From a virus, in the IMG/VR virus record IMGVR_UViG_3300017971_004103, positions 1 through 64,000 of that record: a stretch of 64,000 nucleotides of DNA. One strand, written 5' to 3'. Numbering within the stretch: position 1 is the stretch's first letter; the number at the start of each line of letters is the position of its first letter. Below the pieces are notes generated by a model, which saw only the letters and a list, made by a program, of their open reading frames with translations, made no database searches and had not been told where the DNA came from. A program made the translations under genes and the position numbers. This document shows, piece after piece, positions 56,830 through 64,000 of this stretch.

Positions 56830-57752
56830 AAATAGCGGTAATGAAGGACAGAAAGTCCTGGATTGTTGATAAGCTCTCAGACACCATTAAAAAATATGCC
56901 CCTGCCGACGTCGGCTTCACGGATTTTGAGGTAGATATCGATATTAAGGGATTATTAAAACTAGCCAAAACCCATGACATCATCTATTCAGCATTTTGGC
57001 AGCCATTCATGAGAAACGATCTGGTTTTAGATGAGCGATTTCCGGGTGATAAAACGATTATTCAGGTATGGCACTTAATTGATGGACACGACAAAAATCA
57101 GCTTAAACTCTGCCATCCCAATGTGAAACATATTGTGTATCCCTGTAGAACTACCCAAGCATCATTAAGTTTGTTGGGCGTTAAAGCATCTCTCCACAAG
57201 TGCAATATGTCGGTAGATATCGATATCTACAAACAAGTTGTACCACATAAACGCTGTGAAAAACTTAAGATCGGGAGTTTTGGTCAAAATCTACCACGAA
57301 AATGCTTTGATGTATTATGTAGCACACTTGATCAGATGGAAAATGTGGAGCTCATCACAACTTTAGGCCCTGAGCATAAAAAAGTAAGAAGATATGGGAG
57401 GGTATCAGATGAAGAAATGGTCGAACTATTCTCAGAAATTGATTGCTATGTATCGACTTCAGACTGCGAGGGTGGGCCGGTGGGTGTGCTTGAGGCTATG
57501 GGATGCGGAGTGCCTGTTGTTATTACTCCTACTGGTTTTGCTGGTGATATTGTCAGGAATGGAATAAACGGATTCATTATTCCATTTAATGATATTAGTG
57601 CATTAATAAAAAGGCTGGAATGGATACGGGAAAATCCGGGGATGTCGGGGATTATCGGGGAAAGCGGTCGAATGACTGTTGAGAAATACACACCCCAGGC
57701 AATGAGCGAACAGTACATAAATATGTTCGGGAGGATTTTCGATTCACAATAA
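56826..57752 (+). CDS. GT4 glycosyltransferase
   Basis: EGGPVGVLEAMGCGVPVV...NGINGFII. Confidence 0.88.
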   Translation: MKIAVMKDRKSWIVDKLSDTIKKYAPADVGFTDFEVDIDIKGLLKLAKTHDIIYSAFWQPFMRNDLVLDERFPGDKTIIQVWHLIDGHDKNQLKLCHPNVKHIVYPCRTTQASLSLLGVKASLHKCNMSVDIDIYKQVVPHKRCEKLKIGSFGQNLPRKCFDVLCSTLDQMENVELITTLGPEHKKVRRYGRVSDEEMVELFSEIDCYVSTSDCEGGPVGVLEAMGCGVPVVITPTGFAGDIVRNGINGFIIPFNDISALIKRLEWIRENPGMSGIIGESGRMTVEKYTPQAMSEQYINMFGRIFDSQ

Positions 57753-57867
57753 CTGAAACACGACCAGAAGTTTCACCGTTTCTGATACATTTAATAGAAG
57801 ATAAATTTAAGGAGGTATTCATGTTTATTAAGGGAGGTGGTCACATGGCATGAGGAGGTGATGTTGT

Positions 57868-58041
57868 GTGGCTACCAAAAAGAGTACTGGTAAGAAGGGC
57901 AATAAAAAACATGGTCGTATGAAGAAAAAGCCCTCGCATATCCGTTATAATGCCGAGAATCGCAGAGAGAAAAACAAACTGCGAAGAATGGCGAGAATAA
58001 AAAGAAAGATGGAGAGAAAAGCGAGAAGGCGAAATGCTTAA
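57868..58041 (+). CDS. 57-aa Lys/Arg-rich protein (GTG start)
   Basis: GAGGAGGTGA SD; MATKKSTGKKGNKKHGRMKKK...KARRRNA. Confidence 0.55.
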   Translation: MATKKSTGKKGNKKHGRMKKKPSHIRYNAENRREKNKLRRMARIKRKMERKARRRNA

Positions 58042-58107
58042 TAAGCAGTAGTGGGTGGGGGAATTTCTCCTCACCTTATTTATGCAGATAAGACCCTTAA
58101 AATTCTG

Positions 58108-58140
58108 AAAAAACCCCTCGATTCAATCGGGGGGTTTTTC
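58108..58140. terminator. bidirectional terminator-like hairpin
   Basis: AAAAAACCCCTCGATT-c-AATCGGGGGGTTTTT. Confidence 0.65.
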
Positions 58141-58184
58141 TGTAGGATCAACGATAACTCCTTTATTGGATAGATAGGTCAAAT

Positions 58185-59174
58185 ATGAGAAAAAAAGCCC
58201 TTATAACGGGAATTACGGGAATGGACGGATCAAACCTCGCCGATTTGCTTTTAGGCAAAAATTATGAGGTACACGGAATAATTAGGCGATCATCGACCTC
58301 AAATACATGGCGGATTGATCATATCCTGGACAGAATAACATTACATGAGGGTGATGTAATGGATGGGGCTTCCCTGGTTAAGATAATGGAAAAATGTATG
58401 CCTGATGAAATATACCACCTTGCAGCCATGAGTTATGTCGGGGCATCATGGAAAACCCCGATATACACATCTGAGTGTACTGGATTAGGCACACTTAAAG
58501 TGCTTGAGGCAATGAGACAGGTGTGTGAGGGGGCTAGGTTTTATCATGCAGGATCGTCCGAGCAATTTGGGAAAGCACAAGAAACCCCACAAAAAGAAAC
58601 CACCCCATTTTATCCCCGTAGCCCCTATGGGGTGGCTAAATGTTTTGGCTTTGATATGACCCGGAACTACAGAGAGTCATACGATATGTTTTGTTGTAGC
58701 GGTATACTTTTTAACCACGAAGACCAAAGGCGCGGCATTGAATTCGTTACCCGAAAGATCACCGATGGGGTAGCACAGATAAAATTGGGGTTGCTGGATA
58801 AGCTAAAACTCGGCAATCTTGATGCAAAAAGGGATTGGGGTAGTTCGATTGATTATGTAGTTGCTATGTGGATGATGCTACAAAACGAAAACCCAATTGA
58901 TTATGTAGTGGCAACTGGCGAGACACATTCTGTCCGTGAATGGTGTGAGGCTGCTTTTTCTCATGTAAATTTGGACTACAAAGAATTTGTTGAGCTTGAC
59001 CCCAGATTTATAAGGCCAGCCGAAGTCGATATTTTAATCGGCGATGCAAGCAAAATTAAAAGGGAACTAGGCTGGAAGCCAAAAATAGGATTTAAGGAAT
59101 TGATTCAGCAAATGGTAGATGCCGACATGAAAAGAGTTTGGGATAAGGGGAAATATGATGTTAAGACTATATGA
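58185..59174 (+). CDS. gmd: GDP-mannose 4,6-dehydratase family protein
   Basis: [54 protein letters not shown]. Confidence 0.93.
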   Translation: MRKKALITGITGMDGSNLADLLLGKNYEVHGIIRRSSTSNTWRIDHILDRITLHEGDVMDGASLVKIMEKCMPDEIYHLAAMSYVGASWKTPIYTSECTGLGTLKVLEAMRQVCEGARFYHAGSSEQFGKAQETPQKETTPFYPRSPYGVAKCFGFDMTRNYRESYDMFCCSGILFNHEDQRRGIEFVTRKITDGVAQIKLGLLDKLKLGNLDAKRDWGSSIDYVVAMWMMLQNENPIDYVVATGETHSVREWCEAAFSHVNLDYKEFVELDPRFIRPAEVDILIGDASKIKRELGWKPKIGFKELIQQMVDADMKRVWDKGKYDVKTI

Positions 59175-59370
59175 TTTTTCCTGTGTAACGTGCGGTTATA
59201 CATTCGAGGATATCGTCAGGGCGGAAAACGGGGTTATCGAAGAAATGCCATTATGCCCTAAGTGCAAAAAAGAAACGGTAAGGGTGCCAAGCGTATGTAA
59301 TTTTAGGTTTCAGCGAATCAGATTTGATTCAGTCGCTAATCGCTGGGATTATTCGGGCGTGGAGCAATAA
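59155..59370 (+). CDS. FmdB-family zinc ribbon protein
   Basis: [14 protein letters not shown]...CPKC. Confidence 0.75.
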   Translation: MMLRLYDFSCVTCGYTFEDIVRAENGVIEEMPLCPKCKKETVRVPSVCNFRFQRIRFDSVANRWDYSGVEQ

Positions 59371-59395
59371 AAAACCCCGCCTTGTGAGCGGGGCT
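59369..59395 (-). terminator. terminator closing the reverse-strand cassette
   Basis: Reverse strand GCCCCGC-tcacaag-GCGGGGTTTTT. Confidence 0.75.
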
Positions 59396-59418
59396 AGCTT
59401 GACTTATTTGCTTGTCCT

Positions 59419-59784
59419 TCAGTTTCTTTGACAATTAAAATATTTTTGGCCAGCACGTCCCATATCATCTATATAGATGTGCATAGCCTTGCCGTCGTAC
59501 TCAGCTATGATTTTGGTGGTGTCGTGGTCATCCATTGCATCTTTCGCAGTTAATTCCCGGCCATCAATCTGGTCGCCCTGACTATTGCCTCCAGAGTCGT
59601 ACCATTGTGAGGCATCTCTATACTCCCAAGTGCCATCAACAATGCCACGTAGATCATCTACGCCATTAGCATTGTCGGCATATTCTATGCCCGAGATTAC
59701 GGCTACAATATTATCAAGTGCATCATAACACTCGATTTGCAGTCCTCCACCATTGTTTTCTTTAACCTGCGCACTTGTTATCAT
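59419..59784 (-). CDS. small acidic hypothetical protein
   Basis: Asp-rich; GAAAGGAG SD. Confidence 0.7.
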   Translation of the reverse strand: MITSAQVKENNGGGLQIECYDALDNIVAVISGIEYADNANGVDDLRGIVDGTWEYRDASQWYDSGGNSQGDQIDGRELTAKDAMDDHDTTKIIAEYDGKAMHIYIDDMGRAGQKYFNCQRN

Positions 59785-59816
59785 AATTTCTCCTTTCCCT
59801 CTAGTGAGGGGTTAGG

Positions 59817-59981
59817 TTATTTATCCTTGTAAAATATTCCAAAGTCTGGGTCGGTTGTGACTGTAAAAATATCACCATGCTCATCTACTATATCGTCAAT
59901 AATTGTTGCAAGGTCGGCATCATCGTCAACATCTTCAGTCCACGCATACCCACTATGGGCTGTAACGGTTATTGTAATCAT
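59817..59981 (-). CDS. 54-aa very acidic protein (below the ORF-track cutoff)
   Basis: MITITVTAHSGYAWTEDVDDDADLATIIDDIVDEHGD...; same leader as the next gene. Confidence 0.6.
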   Translation of the reverse strand: MITITVTAHSGYAWTEDVDDDADLATIIDDIVDEHGDIFTVTTDPDFGIFYKDK

Positions 59982-60008
59982 AATTCATTTCTCCTTTCCC
60001 TCTGGGGG

Positions 60009-60200
60009 TTAAAGTTTTTTAAGTTCTTTTTTGGGTCTACCAGTTTTTCTAATTCTAACCATTTTTAGAAATTTGACATTGATTGCCCAATCCCTACCGA
60101 ATTTTATTGCGGGCAAGCGGCCAGACAAAATTAATTGTCTGACCCTTGACTGATTTATCTTTAGGATTTTGGCTGCTTGAGTGGTGTTTATGATTTTCAT
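60009..60200 (-). CDS. excisionase-like HTH (HTH_17) protein
   Basis: NTTQAAKILKINQSRVRQLILSGRLPAIKFGRDWAI...GRPKK. Confidence 0.85.
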   Translation of the reverse strand: MKIINTTQAAKILKINQSRVRQLILSGRLPAIKFGRDWAINVKFLKMVRIRKTGRPKKELKKL

Positions 60201-60520
60201 GATGTCCTCCTCAAAATTCCGATTTCGCAATTTTTCAAGACAAAATCGGGGGTGAGCTTGCCCTTGAGGGTGGGGTCAGACATTCGGCAAGTGAGGCGGA
60301 AAATTAGAGCTTCATCACCGGATGCCATTTTCACCATTCTTCGATTAGTGGGGATGAGGATTCCGGTTATTGCCGAGATGGCAGAAGCCGTCTCAGCATA
60401 ACCGATTGTGCTGTCGAATGTACCAGCACTCAACCATTTTTTGGCCGTCTCAACATCCACTAGAAAATAATCGTATTTTCCCGGAGATGTGATAACGGCA
60501 CTATTTAATATATATCTCAT
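60197..60520 (-). CDS. DUF1874 / STIV B116 / YddF family protein (AcrIII-1 ring nuclease homologue)
   Basis: YILNS...F.STIGYAETA..IS..TG..IP.NR..VKM..GDEALIFRL..R matches the family pattern; Tyr stands at the usual GH His position. Confidence 0.75.
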   Translation of the reverse strand: MRYILNSAVITSPGKYDYFLVDVETAKKWLSAGTFDSTIGYAETASAISAITGILIPTNRRMVKMASGDEALIFRLTCRMSDPTLKGKLTPDFVLKNCEIGILRRTS

Positions 60521-60984
60521 ACTTCGACGGCCTCCTCGCCGTCTAGGAGTACATCATTACCCAAAGGGATAAATCCATCGGGAGTAAATTTATCATAACG
60601 CACCCCATGTCTGCCCTTATAGGTATCATGAGCCAGAATAGATTCACAAGTGACAATCCCGATATTGGATTCAGAATTGCCATAACCCCCACAACTAGAG
60701 GCCATGAAAATGGGTTCGGGGGATACGTTTACACCATAACCACCGCCCATGAAAACACCCACCACTCCCTCCTTTTTGGGTGGGTTGATGAAAATATAGG
60801 AGTGATTGCCCTTTTCGTAATAGGCAACCTCTCCCTCAGTTTGTGTCCACCCCTTATCATTGTAAGGGATGAACTCACCTTGAAAATCTTTTCCTGATAC
60901 GATTACCAGGTTGCGCCTCGTGGCGCCATTACTCTTTTCTATTTTTCCCCCTTCATAGGGGAAATTAAAATATATTTTACTCAT
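60517..60984 (-). CDS. hypothetical protein
   Basis: AAAGGAG SD before ATG at 60984. Confidence 0.65.
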   Translation of the reverse strand: MSKIYFNFPYEGGKIEKSNGATRRNLVIVSGKDFQGEFIPYNDKGWTQTEGEVAYYEKGNHSYIFINPPKKEGVVGVFMGGGYGVNVSPEPIFMASSCGGYGNSESNIGIVTCESILAHDTYKGRHGVRYDKFTPDGFIPLGNDVLLDGEEAVEV

Positions 60985-60988
60985 ACAT

Positions 60989-61252
60989 TTACTCCTTTCT
61001 CCCGTGCTCATTTTGAGCGCAGGAATGATTCTCAGAAAACAGCCCGCTTGTTTCCCGAGATAAAATTTCGGCTCTGTGCTCGTACACCCAGCGGGCGTGT
61101 TTGCAAACTCTCCCATTACGGGCAGAAGGACACGAACACTTTAGGGACTTAAGTCCCACAAAATAAAATTGTCCTGGAAGGGACTCAGACTCAATTGAGA
61201 CTGTAACCCCATTTTCCAATAGTTCCCAAGATGATGGTACGAATGGTCTCAT
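60989..61252 (-). CDS. SWIM zinc finger protein
   Basis: CSCP......CKH. Confidence 0.75.
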   Translation of the reverse strand: MRPFVPSSWELLENGVTVSIESESLPGQFYFVGLKSLKCSCPSARNGRVCKHARWVYEHRAEILSRETSGLFSENHSCAQNEHGRKE

Positions 61253-61506
61253 TTTCCCTCCTTTTCTAAAAAGGTTAATCTTGCCCGTTTCTCCCACCTA
61301 CCCAGGCGGGGAAAAGGAACATCTATATCCAATATGGCAGCCCTTCGCACATGCTGTACTTGCTGCCAAATTCTTAGAAATGTTTCTTCTTCCTTAACCG
61401 AGAGAGAAGAAACGATTTTCCCCTTACAACGTATTGCTCCGTCTTTAAGAGAGAAAGTTAAATATCGCCCATCAGGGCAGAAAATTTTTCTGGTGAAAGG
61501 TCTCAT
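61249..61506 (-). CDS. hypothetical protein
   Basis: GGAGGGAG SD; coupled ORF. Confidence 0.55.
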   Translation of the reverse strand: MRPFTRKIFCPDGRYLTFSLKDGAIRCKGKIVSSLSVKEEETFLRIWQQVQHVRRAAILDIDVPFPRLGRWEKRARLTFLEKEGK

Positions 61507-61856
61507 TAGTCTCCCTCCCTCACCCATTGCCTCATTTCAAAGCGATGGGTACAAGAGTCTACCAAAGTAGATTCAAAACTAGTTTCTCGCAAGAGTTTTT
61601 TCAATCTCTTGCGGGCACGGCTTGGAGTCCGGCCAGCAGCGAGTAAAATACGACGCTCCGGCCAAATTTCCGACTCATGAAAAGAGCCGTTCCAACCGTT
61701 GTCAAACTCTGCCCATTCCGGCAGGTCTCGGTTATCGACTGGTGCAGGAGTATCAATACCCCTGATAAATGCTACCCACCTATGACTGCGGGTAGCGAAG
61801 GAACAATCAAGAAAAAAATGATGCTCCCTAAATTTTTTCAATCTCAATATTTTCAT
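61506..61856 (-). CDS. hypothetical protein, first gene of the reverse cassette
   Basis: AAGGGAG SD. Confidence 0.6.
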   Translation of the reverse strand: MKILRLKKFREHHFFLDCSFATRSHRWVAFIRGIDTPAPVDNRDLPEWAEFDNGWNGSFHESEIWPERRILLAAGRTPSRARKRLKKLLRETSFESTLVDSCTHRFEMRQWVREGD

Positions 61857-61886
61857 TGGGTCTCCCTTATAATTAATCTTGATTAT

Positions 61887-61915
61887 AATATAACCCATAC
61901 GTTATAGTTTGTCAA
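61887..61915 (-). promoter_or_regulatory. sigma70-type promoter of the reverse-strand cassette
   Basis: TTGACA-17 bp-TATATT on the minus strand. Confidence 0.7.
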
Positions 61916-61996
61916 GTCTTTTTTTCAAAAAAAGCACAAAAAAATGAAGAAAAAAGGCTATAAAAATCAATTATATAGACATTTTAGGTAAAAATA

Positions 61997-62962
61997 ATGA
62001 AAAAAGATGTGAAAAAAAAGCTGCTTTATGTTCCGATTGACCAGTTTTCTCATGGGGGAGGCAGTACATTTTTAATGTCATTGTTACCCTCTGTAGGGCG
62101 TAACATCACTCAAGATATAGCTGATGAATGGGATGTTGCCTTAATGATGGGAGCAGAAACCGATATTGATACTATTAATAGTATTGTTACAGAAAGAAAA
62201 GAACGGGGTGCAAAAATCCTGTTCAGGCTCGACGGAATAAAATATACGAGAATGCCCGAAGGTATCGAGCGAATGAAAGCCATGTTTGATATCGCTGATA
62301 CTGTGGTTTATCAAAGTAATTTTGTAAAATCTGAAGCAGAAAAACTTTGGGGTGAACACAAAAATAGCAAAGTAATTTATAACGGTGTTGATTTAGAAAA
62401 ATTTAAACCCCGAAGACCGGATGATTTTTACAATAGACAACATAGTTTTTTGTACTGTGAATTTTCCCACAAACTCCACAAGCGAGCACAGGAGGCATTC
62501 GGGTTATTTAAAAAGATTATTGGGAAATATCCCAATGCCAAATTAACTATCATTGGTAAATTTCCCCAGGATTGGGTTAATCAATGTTTCGGATTGCCCC
62601 AGGAGAACGTAAAATATTTGTGTCGTATTCCCCATGATGTTATGCCTGGCATTTTGAACAGTCACAAGGTTTTATTGTTCCCTTCCGTTGATGAACCTTG
62701 CAGTAATTTAGTTTTAGAAGCTATGGCATCGGAAGTTTTGATTATTCACAAAGACAGTGGTTGTATGCCCGAGCTTTGTGGTGATACTCAGATACTATGG
62801 ACTGGTGATTTAAATTGCATCGATTCCCTGTATTGCAAATCCCATGATTACCACGCCGGCAGATTGCGTGTGCATAAATATTTTTCTAAGTACGAAATGA
62901 TAAAAAACTATCTGGAGGCATTAGGGGAATATGGAATATCAGGAGTTGTTGAAGAAGGTTGA
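61997..62962 (+). CDS. GT4 glycosyltransferase
   Basis: VIYNGVDLEKF, FPSVDEPCSNLVLEAMAS. Confidence 0.88.
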   Translation: MKKDVKKKLLYVPIDQFSHGGGSTFLMSLLPSVGRNITQDIADEWDVALMMGAETDIDTINSIVTERKERGAKILFRLDGIKYTRMPEGIERMKAMFDIADTVVYQSNFVKSEAEKLWGEHKNSKVIYNGVDLEKFKPRRPDDFYNRQHSFLYCEFSHKLHKRAQEAFGLFKKIIGKYPNAKLTIIGKFPQDWVNQCFGLPQENVKYLCRIPHDVMPGILNSHKVLLFPSVDEPCSNLVLEAMASEVLIIHKDSGCMPELCGDTQILWTGDLNCIDSLYCKSHDYHAGRLRVHKYFSKYEMIKNYLEALGEYGISGVVEEG

Positions 62963-63305
62963 GAAATTAGAACATGATAACCAGGTATTATTTAACCGGA
63001 TAGACAGGCAGCAAAGAATTCTTAATGAGCTTGTAGCATTGCTTGAGATTAATTGTCTTGAGGATATAACCTGGGTGAAAATTTCCAATCACGACATACT
63101 TCTAAAAAGTAAAAATCATTTTATTGTCGGAAGATATGGGGAATGGGATACCCTTGGTAATGTTGTAAGGGAAATGAATGAAAAGGGTAGCGGATTTCGC
63201 CTAACCATAAAAGAAAGATATAAACATCTACCCACAAGTATTTTGCCAAGCATTGATCGCAAAAATTTATATACGAACAACTGTTTAATTGTAGTTAAAT
63301 TATAA
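62931..63305 (+). CDS. hypothetical protein
   Basis: ORF track. Confidence 0.5.
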   Translation: MEYQELLKKVEKLEHDNQVLFNRIDRQQRILNELVALLEINCLEDITWVKISNHDILLKSKNHFIVGRYGEWDTLGNVVREMNEKGSGFRLTIKERYKHLPTSILPSIDRKNLYTNNCLIVVKL

Positions 63306-63327
63306 TCCATAATAGGAGATAAAAAAA

Positions 63328-63606
63328 ATGACAGTAAATGAACTCATGGTTTTCATGAAGGCCGTAAGACAAAGAATCTATGAGCTTAGCGCTCTAAGAT
63401 CACAAACATCAACCAGAGAAAGTATTTATAGTGGTGACATAACAAAAGTTATCGAACCGCAGTATGATGTTAAGGTGGTCGATAAGAAAATCACAGAGCT
63501 CCAGAATTTTCTTTTTAAAGCTGATTCCAAGATCAAACAGAGTAACGCAGTAACAACCATTGACATTGATGTTGATGTGGATAGCCTGCTTGAACCGTTA
63601 CAGTAG
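63328..63606 (+). CDS. small coiled-coil protein (loosely DIP1984-like)
   Basis: Helix-strand-helix pattern ending ADSKIKQSNAVTTI; AGGAG SD. Confidence 0.55.
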   Translation: MTVNELMVFMKAVRQRIYELSALRSQTSTRESIYSGDITKVIEPQYDVKVVDKKITELQNFLFKADSKIKQSNAVTTIDIDVDVDSLLEPLQ

Positions 63607-63611
63607 GTGAT

Positions 63612-63738
63612 AAGGGTTTTATGGAGACAGATATTCCAACATTGTTGATGGGGGAAATTACACTATAGTATTGTTATTAATTGTTAAGACCCCCAATGAG
63701 GACAATGTTTTTAGTTGCTGTCATTCTATAAAACCTTT
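63612..63738 (+). ncRNA. long imperfect rod-like RNA directly downstream of the coiled-coil gene
   Basis: Four stacked stems: AAGGGTTTTATGGA/TTCTATAAAACCTTT, GACAG/CTGTC, AACATTGTT/GACAATGTT, TGGGGG/CCCCCA. Confidence 0.55.
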
Positions 63739-63776
63739 CCACATTAACATCTAATAATCTCAAACCTATGAAGGCC

Positions 63777-63808
63777 AAAGCCTCACGAATGTGGGGCTTT
63801 TTTATTTT
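63777..63808 (+). terminator. rho-independent terminator
   Basis: AAAGCCTCAC-gaat-GTGGGGCTTT followed by a T tract. Confidence 0.7.
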
Positions 63809-63910
63809 AACATTTAACCTTTTGCAAATTCGTTTGATTGGTCAATGAGGCCCTGCACTCCGTAGGGCTTTTCGTTTTTGTAAATAAACAATGAAGGGAG
63901 GTTTTTAAAA

Positions 63911-64000
63911 ATGTATGGAGGAGACAAATATCTCACAATTCAAGAAGAAACTACTCGCGGCGAGCTTGTAACCGATGCTCCTATTTTTCTTCCGATTGAA
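63911..64000 (+). CDS. start of a probable tail tube/major tail protein (3'-truncated)
   Basis: GGGAGG SD; MYGGDKYLTIQEETTRGE resembles tail-tube N-termini; only 30 aa visible. Confidence 0.4.
   Translation, partial: MYGGDKYLTIQEETTRGELVTDAPIFLPIE

Noticed and set aside
48056-59174. Host LPS/capsule locus mis-joined to the phage
   Set aside because: It is co-oriented, overlaps neighbouring genes, is interleaved with phage-type genes and lacks export genes. It is treated as phage-borne, though read-level confirmation is still needed.
1-64000. Diversity-generating retroelement, retron, intron or IS element
   Set aside because: No reverse transcriptase, transposase or TR/VR repeat pair with A-specific mismatches was seen.

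Overview
The window is 64 kb of an AT-rich tailed dsDNA bacteriophage or prophage; no integrase or att site is visible. The host is unknown; a Desulfobacterota-like anaerobe is only an inference from the SSB and accessory proteins. Order on the + strand: 3' end of a replication initiator and small early/middle genes (radical SAM, DUF559, RusA, SSB, HTH; 1-10.6 kb); two terminase-small-subunit-like genes behind duplicated leaders, a lytic transglycosylase, TerL, portal and a head-morphogenesis gene (10.6-18.3 kb); a first glycosylation island (18.5-31.6 kb); scaffold, major capsid and neck genes (32-37 kb); a second, roughly 27 kb island (37-63.8 kb); and the start of a probable tail tube gene. 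The second island carries GT9/GT4/GT2 glycosyltransferases, methyltransferases, radical SAM enzymes, a GDP-heptose pathway (gmhA, hddA, hddC, gmd), three tRNAs, several structured intergenic RNAs, and a reverse-strand early cassette with an AcrIII-1/DUF1874 homologue. The best candidate for an undescribed system is in the first island. Two glycosyltransferases carry the DxH and WGxE/W-x-x-GG motifs of eukaryotic polypeptide GalNAc-transferases, and they sit next to a 1319-aa mucin-like Ser/Pro-repeat protein and a fibre-adaptor-like gene. This suggests phage-encoded O-glycosylation of a mucin-like virion fibre using phage-made sugars. All family calls come from recognising motifs by eye; no database searches were run.
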